Virus record (IMG/VR): IMGVR_UViG_2866816733_000004
Location: 40,491 to 104,490 of that record
From: a virus
Lineage: Duplodnaviria > Caudoviricetes
DNA: 64,000 bases
Strand: one strand, 5' to 3'
Shown one piece after another: positions 18,570 through 28,150 of the stretch (its first letter is position 1; each line of letters opens with the position of its first letter). Made by a program: the position numbers and the translations under genes. Below the pieces are notes generated by a model. The model saw nothing but the letters and a program-made list of their open reading frames with translations. It was not told where the DNA came from and did no database searches.

Positions 18570-19973
18570 GTGGCACGACTCGGTCGCGGCCAGCCCAACC
18601 GGCCTGTCGTCACCCGTACCTCGGTCAAGGGCCCGCTCCCCGGCACCGGGACGATCCAGGTCAACTTCACGCTGACCGGCACCGGCACCAAGCACGCGTC
18701 CGGAACCGGGACCATCGCGCTCGGGCTCGCGCTCACGGGCACGGGCGTCAAGCACGCGCCCGGGGCGGGCGCCGTCGCCATCGCGTTCACCCTCACCGGC
18801 AGCGGCACGAAACAGACCGGTATCGGGTTGCCGCCGAGACCGCGGACCCGCTGGCAACTCATCCTTGGCCCCGCGTCGGGCGGCCATGAGCTCGCGTTGA
18901 CGGAGGCGACCGGCCGCCGCTACACGGCGCGGCTGACGGACGCGTCAGAGCTGGCGTTCTCTCTGGATGGACGGCACTCGCAGGCCGCGGCGGTCGAAGA
19001 GCTCGCTACCGATGTGCACGTGTTGTGGACCTCTGATGCGGGGGACAGTCGGCTGCTGGACCGGTGCCGGGTCGGTTCGACGCAGGACACCCTGGATGAC
19101 GCCAAGCACACGATGTCGGTTGGCTGCCTGGACTACAAGGCAGTGTTGAATCGGCGTCGGCTGTACTCCGACGCGACCCTCACCTACACCGCCAGCGATC
19201 AGGCCGAGATCGCTTGGGCCCTGATCAACTACACGCAGGGCCTAGCCGGTGGTGCCCTCGGCATCGCCAAAGGATGGGTTGGGACAACACCGACGGGCGT
19301 GGTCCGTGACCGGACGTACGAGGTCGGCGATTCCGTCGGCGAACGCGTCCAGGAGCTCAGCGAGGTCATCGACGGTTTCGACTGGGACGTCACGCCGGTC
19401 AGCGCGTCCGCTCTGCGGCTGGACGTGTGGTCACCGCAGCGGGGCTCTGATCGGGGCGTGGTTCTGGAGTTCGGCGGGATCGTCGCTGCGGCGACCAGGG
19501 ACACCAACCCTGCCGACTACGCCAACGCGCTCCGGTATACCGGCGCTGCCGGTGATGACGTGGCCCCGGGCCCGACGGCTCAGGAGAGACAGGCCGGCGA
19601 CATCGGCTCCGTCTTGCAGGGTCGCTGGGATGCGGTGTTCGGCGACGACGGCCTCACCACCCAGTCCGCGCTTGACGACCGCGCGGACTGGCAGCTGGCG
19701 CAGTCGCAGGTGGTCCGCCCGGTCTGGACGGTCACGCTGCGCGCCGGCGCGTGGGATGGGCCCGACCACATCTGGCTGGGTGACCCAGTCCGGTTGATTG
19801 TCAGATCCGGGCGGCTCGCCGTCGACACCACACTCCGGGTGTTCGAGGTCGAGATCGGGCTGGACGGCAACGGCGGCGAGTCAGTGCAGCTCGCGCTTGG
19901 CGGACCACGTCCAGACTACCGGAGGCGCCCGTCGCTGGTGGATCGGCGGCTGACGAACCTGGAGAGGCGGTAG
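18570..19973 (+). CDS. Minor tail / baseplate hub protein (Gp37-like)
   Basis: DGFDWDV, LGDPVRLIV, LTNLERR; position at end of tail module. Confidence 0.7.
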   Translation: MARLGRGQPNRPVVTRTSVKGPLPGTGTIQVNFTLTGTGTKHASGTGTIALGLALTGTGVKHAPGAGAVAIAFTLTGSGTKQTGIGLPPRPRTRWQLILGPASGGHELALTEATGRRYTARLTDASELAFSLDGRHSQAAAVEELATDVHVLWTSDAGDSRLLDRCRVGSTQDTLDDAKHTMSVGCLDYKAVLNRRRLYSDATLTYTASDQAEIAWALINYTQGLAGGALGIAKGWVGTTPTGVVRDRTYEVGDSVGERVQELSEVIDGFDWDVTPVSASALRLDVWSPQRGSDRGVVLEFGGIVAAATRDTNPADYANALRYTGAAGDDVAPGPTAQERQAGDIGSVLQGRWDAVFGDDGLTTQSALDDRADWQLAQSQVVRPVWTVTLRAGAWDGPDHIWLGDPVRLIVRSGRLAVDTTLRVFEVEIGLDGNGGESVQLALGGPRPDYRRRPSLVDRRLTNLERR

Positions 19974-19976
19974 GGA

Positions 19977-20267
19977 GTGACGGCTGCCTTGGCCCAGGTT
20001 CCGTGGCAGACGCTGCTGGCTAGCGGTCTGGTGGCGGGCCTGCTCGCCACGATCGTGCTGATCGTCCGGTCGATCATCCAAGGCGCGCTTGTTCCCCGCC
20101 AGCATCTGCTGGACGTGCAGGCCGAGCGCGACAAATGGGAGGCCGCATGGCGGGTACAGCAGGAGACGCTCGCCGAGATCGATGGCCGGCTGGACGCCAA
20201 CACCGAGGCGCTGAGGCTCATGCAGCAGCTGGTGGACGCGCTGGCGACGAAGGGGTCGGCGCGGTGA
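19977..20267 (+). CDS. Membrane protein, lysis region
   Basis: N-terminal TM helix, GALVPR, coiled-coil tail. Confidence 0.65.
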   Translation: MTAALAQVPWQTLLASGLVAGLLATIVLIVRSIIQGALVPRQHLLDVQAERDKWEAAWRVQQETLAEIDGRLDANTEALRLMQQLVDALATKGSAR

Positions 20268-20467
20268 GGCTGCCGTGGCGGCGACGCCGCGATGACGCCA
20301 TTCCCTCCGACGCCGACGAAGCGTTGGAGCTCAGCGAGCAGCGGCGGGAGCAGGCCGTCGAGCGACGTGCGGAGTTCGACCGGCTCGCCGAGCGGATGCG
20401 GCGTATGCGGACGACCAACCATTTGGCGGAGCGGTTCGCGCAGGCTTTGAGGGAGGGGCGTCGTTGA
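20264..20467 (+). CDS. Small lysis-region protein
   Basis: GTGA overlap; MRLPWRR...RTTNHLAERFAQAL. Confidence 0.6.
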   Translation: MRLPWRRRRDDAIPSDADEALELSEQRREQAVERRAEFDRLAERMRRMRTTNHLAERFAQALREGRR

Positions 20468-20787
20468 TCCAGTTGCTCGGCACCATCGGCCTGGTCGCGG
20501 GCGCCGTGGCGGCCACCGCGTTCGTGGGGCTGTACCACCTGTCGGCGCGCTGGTGGCGCAGCGAGGAGGGCATTCACCTGATGGCGTTCACCGGTGCGCT
20601 GGCGGTGGTGTTCGACTGGCAGTCGGTGCGGGCGCTCATCGTCGGCATGCGGCAGGTGTCGCTGGGTGTGGAGATCACGCGTGCCGCCATCTACTGCACG
20701 GTGGCGGCCCTGCTGGTGTGGCGGCTGTGGCTGCTGTACCGGCTGCAGATTCGGCCGGGGATGAAGCGTGAGAGGGGCAGGCAGTGA
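20464..20787 (+). CDS. Putative holin-like 3-TM protein
   Basis: Three hydrophobic segments; ARWWRSEEGIHLMAF. Confidence 0.6.
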   Translation: MIQLLGTIGLVAGAVAATAFVGLYHLSARWWRSEEGIHLMAFTGALAVVFDWQSVRALIVGMRQVSLGVEITRAAIYCTVAALLVWRLWLLYRLQIRPGMKRERGRQ

Positions 20788-20924
20788 GCGAGATCGAGCA
20801 CATGGGCGAGGTCGACCGGCATCCGGGCGTGCACCGGGCGACGGAGGCCGACGAGGAGCAGGTGCTGCGGGGGCTGTACGGCGAGCCCGACCAGTACGGC
20901 GTGTTCCAGGGGGTGGAGGGCTGA
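20784..20924 (+). CDS. Small acidic hypothetical protein
   Basis: 46-aa ORF coupled by GTGA and TGATG overlaps. Confidence 0.45.
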   Translation: MSEIEHMGEVDRHPGVHRATEADEEQVLRGLYGEPDQYGVFQGVEG

Positions 20925-21403
20925 TGACCCGGGGTCCTGATTTGAGGCAACGAAAGAAGCGCGCAGACAGCGGCCGGGTTTCCTGGCCGCTCTTCTTTTC
21001 CCATATTGCGCTTCCGGATGAAAACAACTGCATGGAGTGGGTGGGCCCGGCAGGTGAAGCGACCCTCGGCTTCAAGTACGGACGCCATGGAGCGCGCACC
21101 GCGCACCGGATGGCCTACGAGTACTGGCACGGCCCCATCCCCCACGGCCTGGTCATCGACCACGTGTACGCCTGGGGGTGCCGGAGCACCTTGTGCTGTG
21201 CACCTGACCATCTCGAAGCCGTCACGCAGGCCGAGAACGTCGCACGCGGCCATAAGGGTGCCCTGTTCACGCACTGCCAGAGCGGCCACGAGATGACTTC
21301 GGCGAACACCTATGTCCGGAAGGACGGACGCGGTCGACAGTGCCGTCGGTGCAAGGCCGACCGCGAACGCATCCGGCAGCGCGCCTTGAAGGAGGCGGGC
21401 TGA
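20924..21403 (+). CDS. HNH homing endonuclease
   Basis: AHRMAYE...GLVIDH...CCAPDHLEAVTQAENVARG; C-terminal THCQSGH...CRRC. Confidence 0.88.
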   Translation: MTRGPDLRQRKKRADSGRVSWPLFFSHIALPDENNCMEWVGPAGEATLGFKYGRHGARTAHRMAYEYWHGPIPHGLVIDHVYAWGCRSTLCCAPDHLEAVTQAENVARGHKGALFTHCQSGHEMTSANTYVRKDGRGRQCRRCKADRERIRQRALKEAG

Positions 21404-22173
21404 TGACCGTAAGCAGCATGCTGGCCGAGGCGCGACGATGGCTCGGTACTAATGGCCGGCCGAACGCTCTGACGATGGCGTATGCCTCTCGGCACGGTGC
21501 CGACTATCGCAGCACGGCATGGTGTGACATCGCCGTGACTGAGTGGGCCCGCCGCTCCGGCAACACCGCCGCCGTCCTGCCAGGCGGGGATCGGGCCTAC
21601 ACGGTGTGGCACGCGGAGGACTTCCAGAAGGCCGGACGCTGGCACACCGGCACCACGGCCGAGGTGAACGCGGCCAAGCCGGGCGACATCGTGTTCTTCG
21701 ACTGGGGCGCGACCAACTCGATGGACGCCATCGACCACGTGGGCGTCATCGAGAGGGTGCTCGGTGACGGGCGGGTTCAGACGATCGAGGGCAACACCTC
21801 CGACCAGTGCCTGCGGCGCGTGCGCTCGGCCGACGTCATCGCCGGGTACGGCCGCCCGGCCTACAGCAACGAGGAGGACGACATGCCGCTCAGCGACGCC
21901 GACCTGAACAAGATCCGCGACATCGTGTGGAACACCGACACCGCCCCGGCTCCGACCGGCTCGGCGACCAAGGACAACCCGACGTGGCGGCACGTCAACC
22001 TGATGCGCGACACCTACAGCGCGGTCCGCGAGGTGCAGGCGCTGGTGGCCGCGCTGGCCGGCCAGGTGCCCGACGTGGACGAGGCCGCGATCGCCCAGCA
22101 CGTCGTGAACGCGCTCCCCGAGACGCTCGCCCAGCAGGTGCTCGACGGGCTGAAGACCCGGCTGGAGAGCTGA
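21403..22173 (+). CDS. Endolysin (CHAP domain)
   Basis: AWCDIAV, PGDIVFFDW, DHVGVIE, TIEGNT. Confidence 0.88.
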   Translation: MTVSSMLAEARRWLGTNGRPNALTMAYASRHGADYRSTAWCDIAVTEWARRSGNTAAVLPGGDRAYTVWHAEDFQKAGRWHTGTTAEVNAAKPGDIVFFDWGATNSMDAIDHVGVIERVLGDGRVQTIEGNTSDQCLRRVRSADVIAGYGRPAYSNEEDDMPLSDADLNKIRDIVWNTDTAPAPTGSATKDNPTWRHVNLMRDTYSAVREVQALVAALAGQVPDVDEAAIAQHVVNALPETLAQQVLDGLKTRLES

Positions 22174-22244
22174 CCAGTCTTTATGCCGGATCCGGCAAGA
22201 ACGTGGCGGCATCCGTCGCCCGGTGACCCGAGGAGGTCGCACCC

Positions 22245-22589
22245 ATGAAGGTCTTCGGATATGAACCGGCCGTCATCGCCTACGCGGTGAACGCCGCCGT
22301 GGCGCTGCTGGTCGCCTACGGGCTGGACCTGTCGCAGGGCCAGGTGGAGGCCGTCGCCGTCATCACCACGGGCGTCCTGGCGGCGGTCGCGGCCGTGATG
22401 ACCCGCCCGGTCGTGGTGTCCACCATCACCGGCGCTGCGGCCACCATCCTGACCGCGTTGGCCGCCTTCAAGATCGAGCTGACCGCCGACCAGATCGGCG
22501 CGACCGTCACGGGGCTGTCCATCGTGCTTGCGCTGCTGCTGCGGCAAAACGTGTCCCCGGCGCCGGGCGTGACGGCGAGGCGCCCTTGA
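22245..22589 (+). CDS. Holin
   Basis: GGAGG RBS; FGYEPA, 4 hydrophobic segments, RQNVSP; follows endolysin. Confidence 0.78.
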   Translation: MKVFGYEPAVIAYAVNAAVALLVAYGLDLSQGQVEAVAVITTGVLAAVAAVMTRPVVVSTITGAAATILTALAAFKIELTADQIGATVTGLSIVLALLLRQNVSPAPGVTARRP

Positions 22590-22679
22590 GCCCGGCGTTC
22601 GTCGGCCGGATCCGGACCGGCGCGGGCACCCCTGACCCATAGACTGATTCTGCCCGGTATCCGGGCGTGGGGACAGCGC

Positions 22680-22721
22680 ACGAACGCCCGCCTTCCTTCG
22701 GGAGGGCAGGCGTTTCGTCGT
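22680..22721. terminator. Intrinsic terminator hairpin 1
   Basis: CGCCCGCCTTCC-TTCG-GGAGGGCAGGCG-TTTCGTCGT after lysis cassette. Confidence 0.6.
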
Positions 22722-22779
22722 TCTCTTGAGACGGTTTCAAGTGCGGGCTCGCCGATCAAGGTCCTTCAGGTTCCCGCGC

Positions 22780-22830
22780 AACGACGCCTCGTCCTCTGCT
22801 TCGGCGGAGGGCGGGGCGTTTCGTCGTGTG
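22780..22830. terminator. Intrinsic terminator hairpin 2
   Basis: CGCCTCGTCCTCTGC-TTCG-GCGGAGGGCGGGGCG-TTTCGTCGT between convergent genes. Confidence 0.6.
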
Positions 22831-22835
22831 CGAGG

Positions 22836-23057
22836 TCAGGTGGGCTCCTCGTAGAAGCCGTCCAGATGTTGATCCAGCTCAGCCAGATCCGGGTGCGCTG
22901 CGATCTCGCGCCGATCCGCTTCTCGCATTGCCGCCTCGGCTACCAGGGTCGTAGCCGCCGCCTCCAGCATCTCCGCGTCCCCGCGTAGGAGGGCGGCCCT
23001 GAGGCGCATCATGGCAGCACGGAACTCGGGATCATCCGGGGATGTCGTGGCGCTCAC
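22836..23057 (-). CDS. Hypothetical protein
   Basis: GTGA-coupled to upstream gene. Confidence 0.5.
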   Translation of the reverse strand: MSATTSPDDPEFRAAMMRLRAALLRGDAEMLEAAATTLVAEAAMREADRREIAAHPDLAELDQHLDGFYEEPT

Positions 23058-23419
23058 TGTTCCGGGCCTTCTGGGCGCGGTGCCCCGGCCAGGGCCTTCC
23101 GCATCGAGGCGGCCATCTCCGTGACCGCTGCGCTGAGCCGCTCGAACTGGGGAGCGAGTTCCGCGAACTTCTTGGCCGACCGGGCCAGCGCGACCGACTG
23201 CAGGCGCTTCAGGGTGGTGGGCCGGGACGCGATCCCGGCGGCGTGCACGCGGCGGGCGATCTCGTTGACGGACACGCCTGAGCGGTGGATCACGAACAGG
23301 TACTGCCAGAACGCCTGATCGACTTCGTCCTTTCGGGCGTCGAGTTCGAGCTTCGTGGCGATGATGGCGTCCACGTCGTCGGTGGTGAGCTGGCGGGCGG
23401 GTTCGATGTGGGTGTCCAT
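23054..23419 (-). CDS. Putative HTH DNA-binding protein
   Basis: AGGAGG RBS; GVSVNEIARRV...SRPTTLKRL. Confidence 0.6.
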   Translation of the reverse strand: MDTHIEPARQLTTDDVDAIIATKLELDARKDEVDQAFWQYLFVIHRSGVSVNEIARRVHAAGIASRPTTLKRLQSVALARSAKKFAELAPQFERLSAAVTEMAASMRKALAGAPRPEGPEQ

Positions 23420-23433
23420 GCGGGCCTCCTGAT

Positions 23434-23494
23434 GGTCAAAGGACTTGACCTCTACTATGCAGTCAAATCCTTTGACCGGTCAAGATATTTGACC
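23434..23494. promoter_or_regulatory. Three palindromic operators (G/A)GTCAA-N5-TTGACC
   Basis: Copies at 23434-23450, 23461-23477, 23478-23494. Confidence 0.7.
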
Positions 23495-23549
23495 GAAGAA
23501 TCTGAGGTGTGTCCATGACCTGCACGAACACATGCCCTACCCTGACCGC

Positions 23550-23778
23550 ATGGCCACACGAACCTGCCCAAACGGCCACGCGCTTCGCCCCGGCCACGTC
23601 CTCGTCGGCTGGTCACCCTGCACCTGCACCTCCGCGTGGGGCGAGCACAAGGGCCACCGCACCGTGCGAGGCGTGCCGTGCGGTCGGGGAGACGATGGTG
23701 CGATACCAGCCCGAGCACATCGGCGGCGGCCACCCCAACCGGCGCACCCGACCGGCGGGACCGCAGGAACCTGACTAG
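23550..23778 (+). pseudogene. Frameshifted small zinc-ribbon protein
   Basis: CPNGH...GWSPCTC...GHRT in one frame continues as CEAC...RYQPEH in another. Confidence 0.45.
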
Positions 23779-24113
23779 GGAGGGCCCCGGCCGGACCGCT
23801 GACCTTGGCACGGTCACAGCGGTGCCGGCCGGAGCAGCACGGCCTGGAGGCATGGGGATGCCCCCAAGCGAGTGGATGCGGGCCGGGAAGCCGGGAAAGA
23901 TCTCCGGCCCGCACCCCACCCCCCAAGTGGACGGCGCCCCGTGCGGGGTGCAGGGCGCCGACCCACACCTAGAGATCCACTTGGTAGAACAAGCACGTTT
24001 CGGTCAGCTTCTGAAGCATGGCCTAGGCCAAGGCGCGTTCGCGCAGTACCTAGGATCCTAGGTACTCAGGACCCGAGGTAGAGAGGAACCTTGCCGCCTT
24101 TACGGTCCCCAGC

Positions 24114-24530
24114 ATGCAACGGCGCATCGACCGCACCTCCGACCGGGCTTGGTTCCGGCAACTCGCGGACATCATCCGGGATCGAATCGACTCGGGGGAG
24201 TGGCAGCCAGGCCGCAACCTGCCAAGCGAAGCCCACCTGGGACAAGAGCACGAGGTCAGTCAGCTCACCGTCCGTCGCGCCTTTGTAATCCTCCGCGCCG
24301 AGGGATGGGTGGAGTCCGTGCGGGGGATGCCCTGGAGGGTCCGTGAGCGAGAGGGACCAACCACGGTGGAGCTCAAACCCGGTGACCAGGTCACCGCGCG
24401 GGTCGCGACTCGGGCTGATCAAGAGCGGCACGACATCCCCGAGGGCACCCTGCTGCTCGTCGTGTCCAGGGAAGGGCAGCCGGACCGGGTGTACCGTGCA
24501 GACGAAGCCGTGGGTGAGGTCCCTGACTAG
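24114..24530 (+). CDS. GntR-family winged-helix regulator
   Basis: RQLADIIRDRIDSGEWQPGRNLPSE...TVRRAF...EGWV. Confidence 0.85.
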   Translation: MQRRIDRTSDRAWFRQLADIIRDRIDSGEWQPGRNLPSEAHLGQEHEVSQLTVRRAFVILRAEGWVESVRGMPWRVREREGPTTVELKPGDQVTARVATRADQERHDIPEGTLLLVVSREGQPDRVYRADEAVGEVPD

Positions 24531-24721
24531 CGCCGGTTACCGCTGTGCCGGTCGTGAGCCTGGGTATCCACTGTTGAGTTAGCGAAGCGGTACCGTTCCT
24601 GCCTGAAGATACGTTCGTCGAGCAGGTGCCCTCAGACTCACACTTCGATCCCCAGTTTTGCAAGGTGCAGAAATAGTTGCTTTTCTCCACGTCAGAACCC
24701 ACCTTCGAAAACTGAGCCCTG

Positions 24722-25612
24722 ATGATCGAGCCCACCGACCTCACCGCCGCGCGGTGGAGCCCCGCCGTGCGGCGGCAACGCCTCGCCGGCGTCCTCGCCG
24801 ACCTCCGCGACCGTGACGGACGCACCGCCGAGCAAATCGCCAGCGAACTCGGTGTCGCCAAGACCACCGTCATCCGCCTGGAGAACCCCAGGCATCTCAC
24901 CTTGCCCAAGCGAGAACTCATCGAGCGGCTCCTGGACGTCTACCGGGCAGGCACCGCCACCCGGAAGCGCGTACGCGACCTTGTCGACGAAGCCCGGCAA
25001 CGGGACTGGTGGCACCCCTACAAGCCCTACCTCCGACCCGCCCACACCACCTACCTTGGCCTCGAAGCGGAGACCGCTGTCCAGCGGATCTACCAGCCCA
25101 CCCTGCTCCCCGGACTTCTGCAGACGGCCGCCTACAGCGCAATCACCGTCAAGGAACAACACCCGGCCCTGCCCGAGCGCGAGGCTGAGGCGTTCACCGC
25201 CGAGCGCCGGGCCAGGCACGAGCGCATGTTGACCGGCCCAGACCCGATCCGCCTCTGGGCCGTCCTGGGCGAAGCCGCGCTACTGCAGGCCGTTGGCGGC
25301 CCCCGCGTGATGGCCGAACAGCTCGACTACCTGCACCGCATGGCGCAACTCCCGCACGTCACCATCACCATCGTCCCCTTCTCCGCAGGCGCACACGAAG
25401 GTCTCGCCCCGTTCGTGATCCTCACGTTTCCGCAGCCCACCGACCCGGAACTGGCCTACATTCCCGACCCGGTCGGGCACTGGGTCCGGACCCGCGAAGA
25501 CGTGGACCACCTCGTCGGAGTCTTCGAGCGGCTGATGCTGCTGCTACCCGACCGCGACGCGAACCTGCAGATGATCGCCGCCGCGGCTCAGCGGTTCCGA
25601 GCCGAGACCTAA
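24722..25612 (+). CDS. XRE-family regulator with DUF5753 domain (WhiJ/Scr1-like)
   Basis: N-terminal HTH; YLGLEAE, PGLLQTAAY, LGEAAL...GGPRVMAEQL. Confidence 0.85.
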   Translation: MIEPTDLTAARWSPAVRRQRLAGVLADLRDRDGRTAEQIASELGVAKTTVIRLENPRHLTLPKRELIERLLDVYRAGTATRKRVRDLVDEARQRDWWHPYKPYLRPAHTTYLGLEAETAVQRIYQPTLLPGLLQTAAYSAITVKEQHPALPEREAEAFTAERRARHERMLTGPDPIRLWAVLGEAALLQAVGGPRVMAEQLDYLHRMAQLPHVTITIVPFSAGAHEGLAPFVILTFPQPTDPELAYIPDPVGHWVRTREDVDHLVGVFERLMLLLPDRDANLQMIAAAAQRFRAET

Positions 25613-26397
25613 GGTTTGCGGGCGACGCCGCCCAGCAGCAGATGCGGCCCCAACTCCATTGGTGCCACCGGCCGCCACTCCCGCACCTCTACCAGCCCGG
25701 GGTCCTCCAGGGGCCACCCGCAGAACATGCCCGCGATCTCGTCCCGGGAACGGATCGCTACACCACCCGCCGGCGCGTACACCGCCTCCAGGTCCGCGAG
25801 CAGCTCAGCCGGAGCACCATCGGACGCCATGTGTGAAACGGCCAGGAAACTCCCGGCCGGGACGGCATCGGCGTACCGGGTCACGACACCCGCAGCGTCG
25901 CCCACGACATAGTGCAGCACCGCAAGCATCAAGATCCCGACGGGCTCATCGAAATCGATCAGCCGACGCGTCTCCGCCGCGGCGAGCACCTGGTCGACGT
26001 CCCGCACGTCGGCCTCCACATAGCCGGTCCGCTGCCCGGATCCCCACATCGCGCGAGCATGGCTGTGCGCCGTCGGGTCCTTCTCCACATACACCACCCG
26101 CGCGTCACCCGCATGCGAGCCGAGGATCTCGTGGACGTTGCCCCCGGCCACCGGCTTCGGCTTCCCCGCCCCGAGATCGAGGATCTGCCGGATACCGCGC
26201 TCGGCGAGGAAGCCGACGACACGTTCCAGGAACTGTGCGTTCGCGACAGCGTTGGAAGCGAGGCCCGGCCACTTCGCCTCGTAGGCGTGCACGATCTCCC
26301 GGTCGGTGAGGGTGTTGTCGTCTCCGCCGGTGGTGTAGTTGTAGGCGCCCGCCAGGCTGATGTGAGTGGGGTCAACGTCCCGTTGAGGATCGTCCAT
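25609..26397 (-). CDS. SAM-dependent methyltransferase (actinomycete Methyltransf_19 type)
   Basis: GIRQILDLGAGKP, RVVYVEKDP, LIDFDEPVG, AVLHYV, GSFLAVSH. Confidence 0.85.
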   Translation of the reverse strand: MDDPQRDVDPTHISLAGAYNYTTGGDDNTLTDREIVHAYEAKWPGLASNAVANAQFLERVVGFLAERGIRQILDLGAGKPKPVAGGNVHEILGSHAGDARVVYVEKDPTAHSHARAMWGSGQRTGYVEADVRDVDQVLAAAETRRLIDFDEPVGILMLAVLHYVVGDAAGVVTRYADAVPAGSFLAVSHMASDGAPAELLADLEAVYAPAGGVAIRSRDEIAGMFCGWPLEDPGLVEVREWRPVAPMELGPHLLLGGVARKP

Positions 26398-26472
26398 AAC
26401 CTGTGTCTACACCCCCGACCTGGAGCGAGGCCAGCCCGATAAGTAGAGCACCTACCCGGCTGGCCTGCAGAA

Positions 26473-28137
26473 TCATCGGCGGATGTAGCCGTTCACCACC
26501 ATCGGCAGTGACGCGTCCACGCCCGCCATGTTCAGCACGCCCTCGTCCCGCGGGTCACCGATTGAGTGTCCGTTCGCTGCCATCGCAGCGATCACCACCC
26601 GAGCGTCCCCGTTGACCGCGCGCCGGTACGAGGTGAGCGCCTGCGACGGATGCTGTCGGCCCGCCCACGTCTCGTTGTCAGTGAGTACCAAGATGCCGTC
26701 GACGTGGAGCTTCTCGCGCTGCGCCCACTGGAACGGCAGAGACAGGTCAGTCCCACCACCCGACGGAGACCACCGGCCAACCTCACGCAGGTTCGTGTGT
26801 GCCGTCACCCGGGAGGAATGGACGCTGGTGTCGACGTCGATGACGTGAACGTTGCCGCCCTCGATCCGGTTGAGGATCACCGCCATCGCGTTCGCGACCT
26901 CGTAGCAGGACCCGAGCGGCACGCCACCCGAGCGCACACCGGCCCATGACATCGACCCGGACGAGTCCACGGCGATGAGCAGCCGATGGCCGGACGGCTC
27001 GATGTGGCCGAATGACAGCTCGTACGCCTCTTCCAGCGCGTCCACGATCGCGGGAACCGGCGACCAGGTCTGGAAGTCGGCGCGCGGGTTCGGCTGCGAC
27101 CGCCCGGCCTGGTAGACACGCACCGCCAGGAACAGGTCCATCGGGTGGATCCGCGCCTTGGAGAGCGCGTCGGCGTTGGTGAGCCGCGCCGCAGCGAGGC
27201 GGGTCGCGTCACTCATCGGCTTGAGCGTGCCGAGCCTGGTCATCCTGGCCAGGTTCCGGATGAGCGCGGTTATCCCGATCGTGTCGACGAGCTCATCCCA
27301 CACACCCGCGTCGGTGAGCACGGCGTCGGGCAGGAACTCCCACGGCACGCCGCGGTCCTGGACCACGTCGATCGCGTCGACCGGGTTGGTGACGGCCTGC
27401 GCAGCGAGGAACGCGTCAACGGCCGGCACCTGCGTGCGAACGTCAGCGTCGGCGACGTTCCCCGCGATCCACCCGAACAGCGCACGCCGCTCCGGAGTAT
27501 CAGCCTTCGGGTGCGCGATCCGCAGCGCGTCCCGTAGCGCGAACGCCTCACCCGAAGACGTTTTACGCTGACGCGCCTTGCACACCCGCCACGCCACCTG
27601 GTCGACTTCACCGTTCAGGAACCACGACCCGAGGGCGGTCCGCATCGCGCGGCCGATGACCGGGGCGGTACCGCCGCTGGTGGCCTTGCCGGCGAGGTTT
27701 TTCCAGTACCCGAAGTACGTTGCGAAGTGGTCGGTGGTCCGGGCGACCTGCGCAAGAGACACCTTGACGGCCTGCTTAGTGTCGGCGTCCCCGCGGGCTG
27801 CAGCCGCGGCGAGCGCGAACAGCGCGGGACGGTTCTTCGGCGCCCGCGGTGGACGCGCCGTCGAGATTTCCGTTGCCGTCTTTACGACACGGACACCGTC
27901 GGCCTGAACGGCATCGAACACGACCCCGGCATTGTCGGCAGTGAGCTGGTCCTCGCCGACGTAGTAGGTACCGCCCGTTGTGCCGAGGATCAAGAAGTCC
28001 TCGAGCTTGGTCCACAGGTCCTTGGCGAATCCGTACCCGCCGGCGTTGTTGCGGACCTGCTCGGCCTCACGGCCAGGAATCGGCTGGTTCTGCGGCGTCT
28101 GGATGGTGGACACGGACGCGAGAGGATCACGGGCCAT
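26473..28137 (-). CDS. rsr: Ro60/TROVE-domain RNA-binding protein with vWA domain
   Basis: NNAGGYGF, FLILGTTGGTYY, LRIAHPK, ALIRNLARMT, ARIHP, AVDSSGSM (MIDAS), GGTDLSLP, LTDNETWAG; GGAGG RBS. Confidence 0.93.
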   Translation of the reverse strand: MARDPLASVSTIQTPQNQPIPGREAEQVRNNAGGYGFAKDLWTKLEDFLILGTTGGTYYVGEDQLTADNAGVVFDAVQADGVRVVKTATEISTARPPRAPKNRPALFALAAAAARGDADTKQAVKVSLAQVARTTDHFATYFGYWKNLAGKATSGGTAPVIGRAMRTALGSWFLNGEVDQVAWRVCKARQRKTSSGEAFALRDALRIAHPKADTPERRALFGWIAGNVADADVRTQVPAVDAFLAAQAVTNPVDAIDVVQDRGVPWEFLPDAVLTDAGVWDELVDTIGITALIRNLARMTRLGTLKPMSDATRLAAARLTNADALSKARIHPMDLFLAVRVYQAGRSQPNPRADFQTWSPVPAIVDALEEAYELSFGHIEPSGHRLLIAVDSSGSMSWAGVRSGGVPLGSCYEVANAMAVILNRIEGGNVHVIDVDTSVHSSRVTAHTNLREVGRWSPSGGGTDLSLPFQWAQREKLHVDGILVLTDNETWAGRQHPSQALTSYRRAVNGDARVVIAAMAANGHSIGDPRDEGVLNMAGVDASLPMVVNGYIRR

Positions 28138-28150
28138 CATTGGCCTCCGA

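Noticed and set aside
15375-19973. Diversity-generating retroelement or invertible tail-fibre cassette
   Set aside because: No reverse transcriptase, TR/VR pair, invertase or flanking inverted repeats seen
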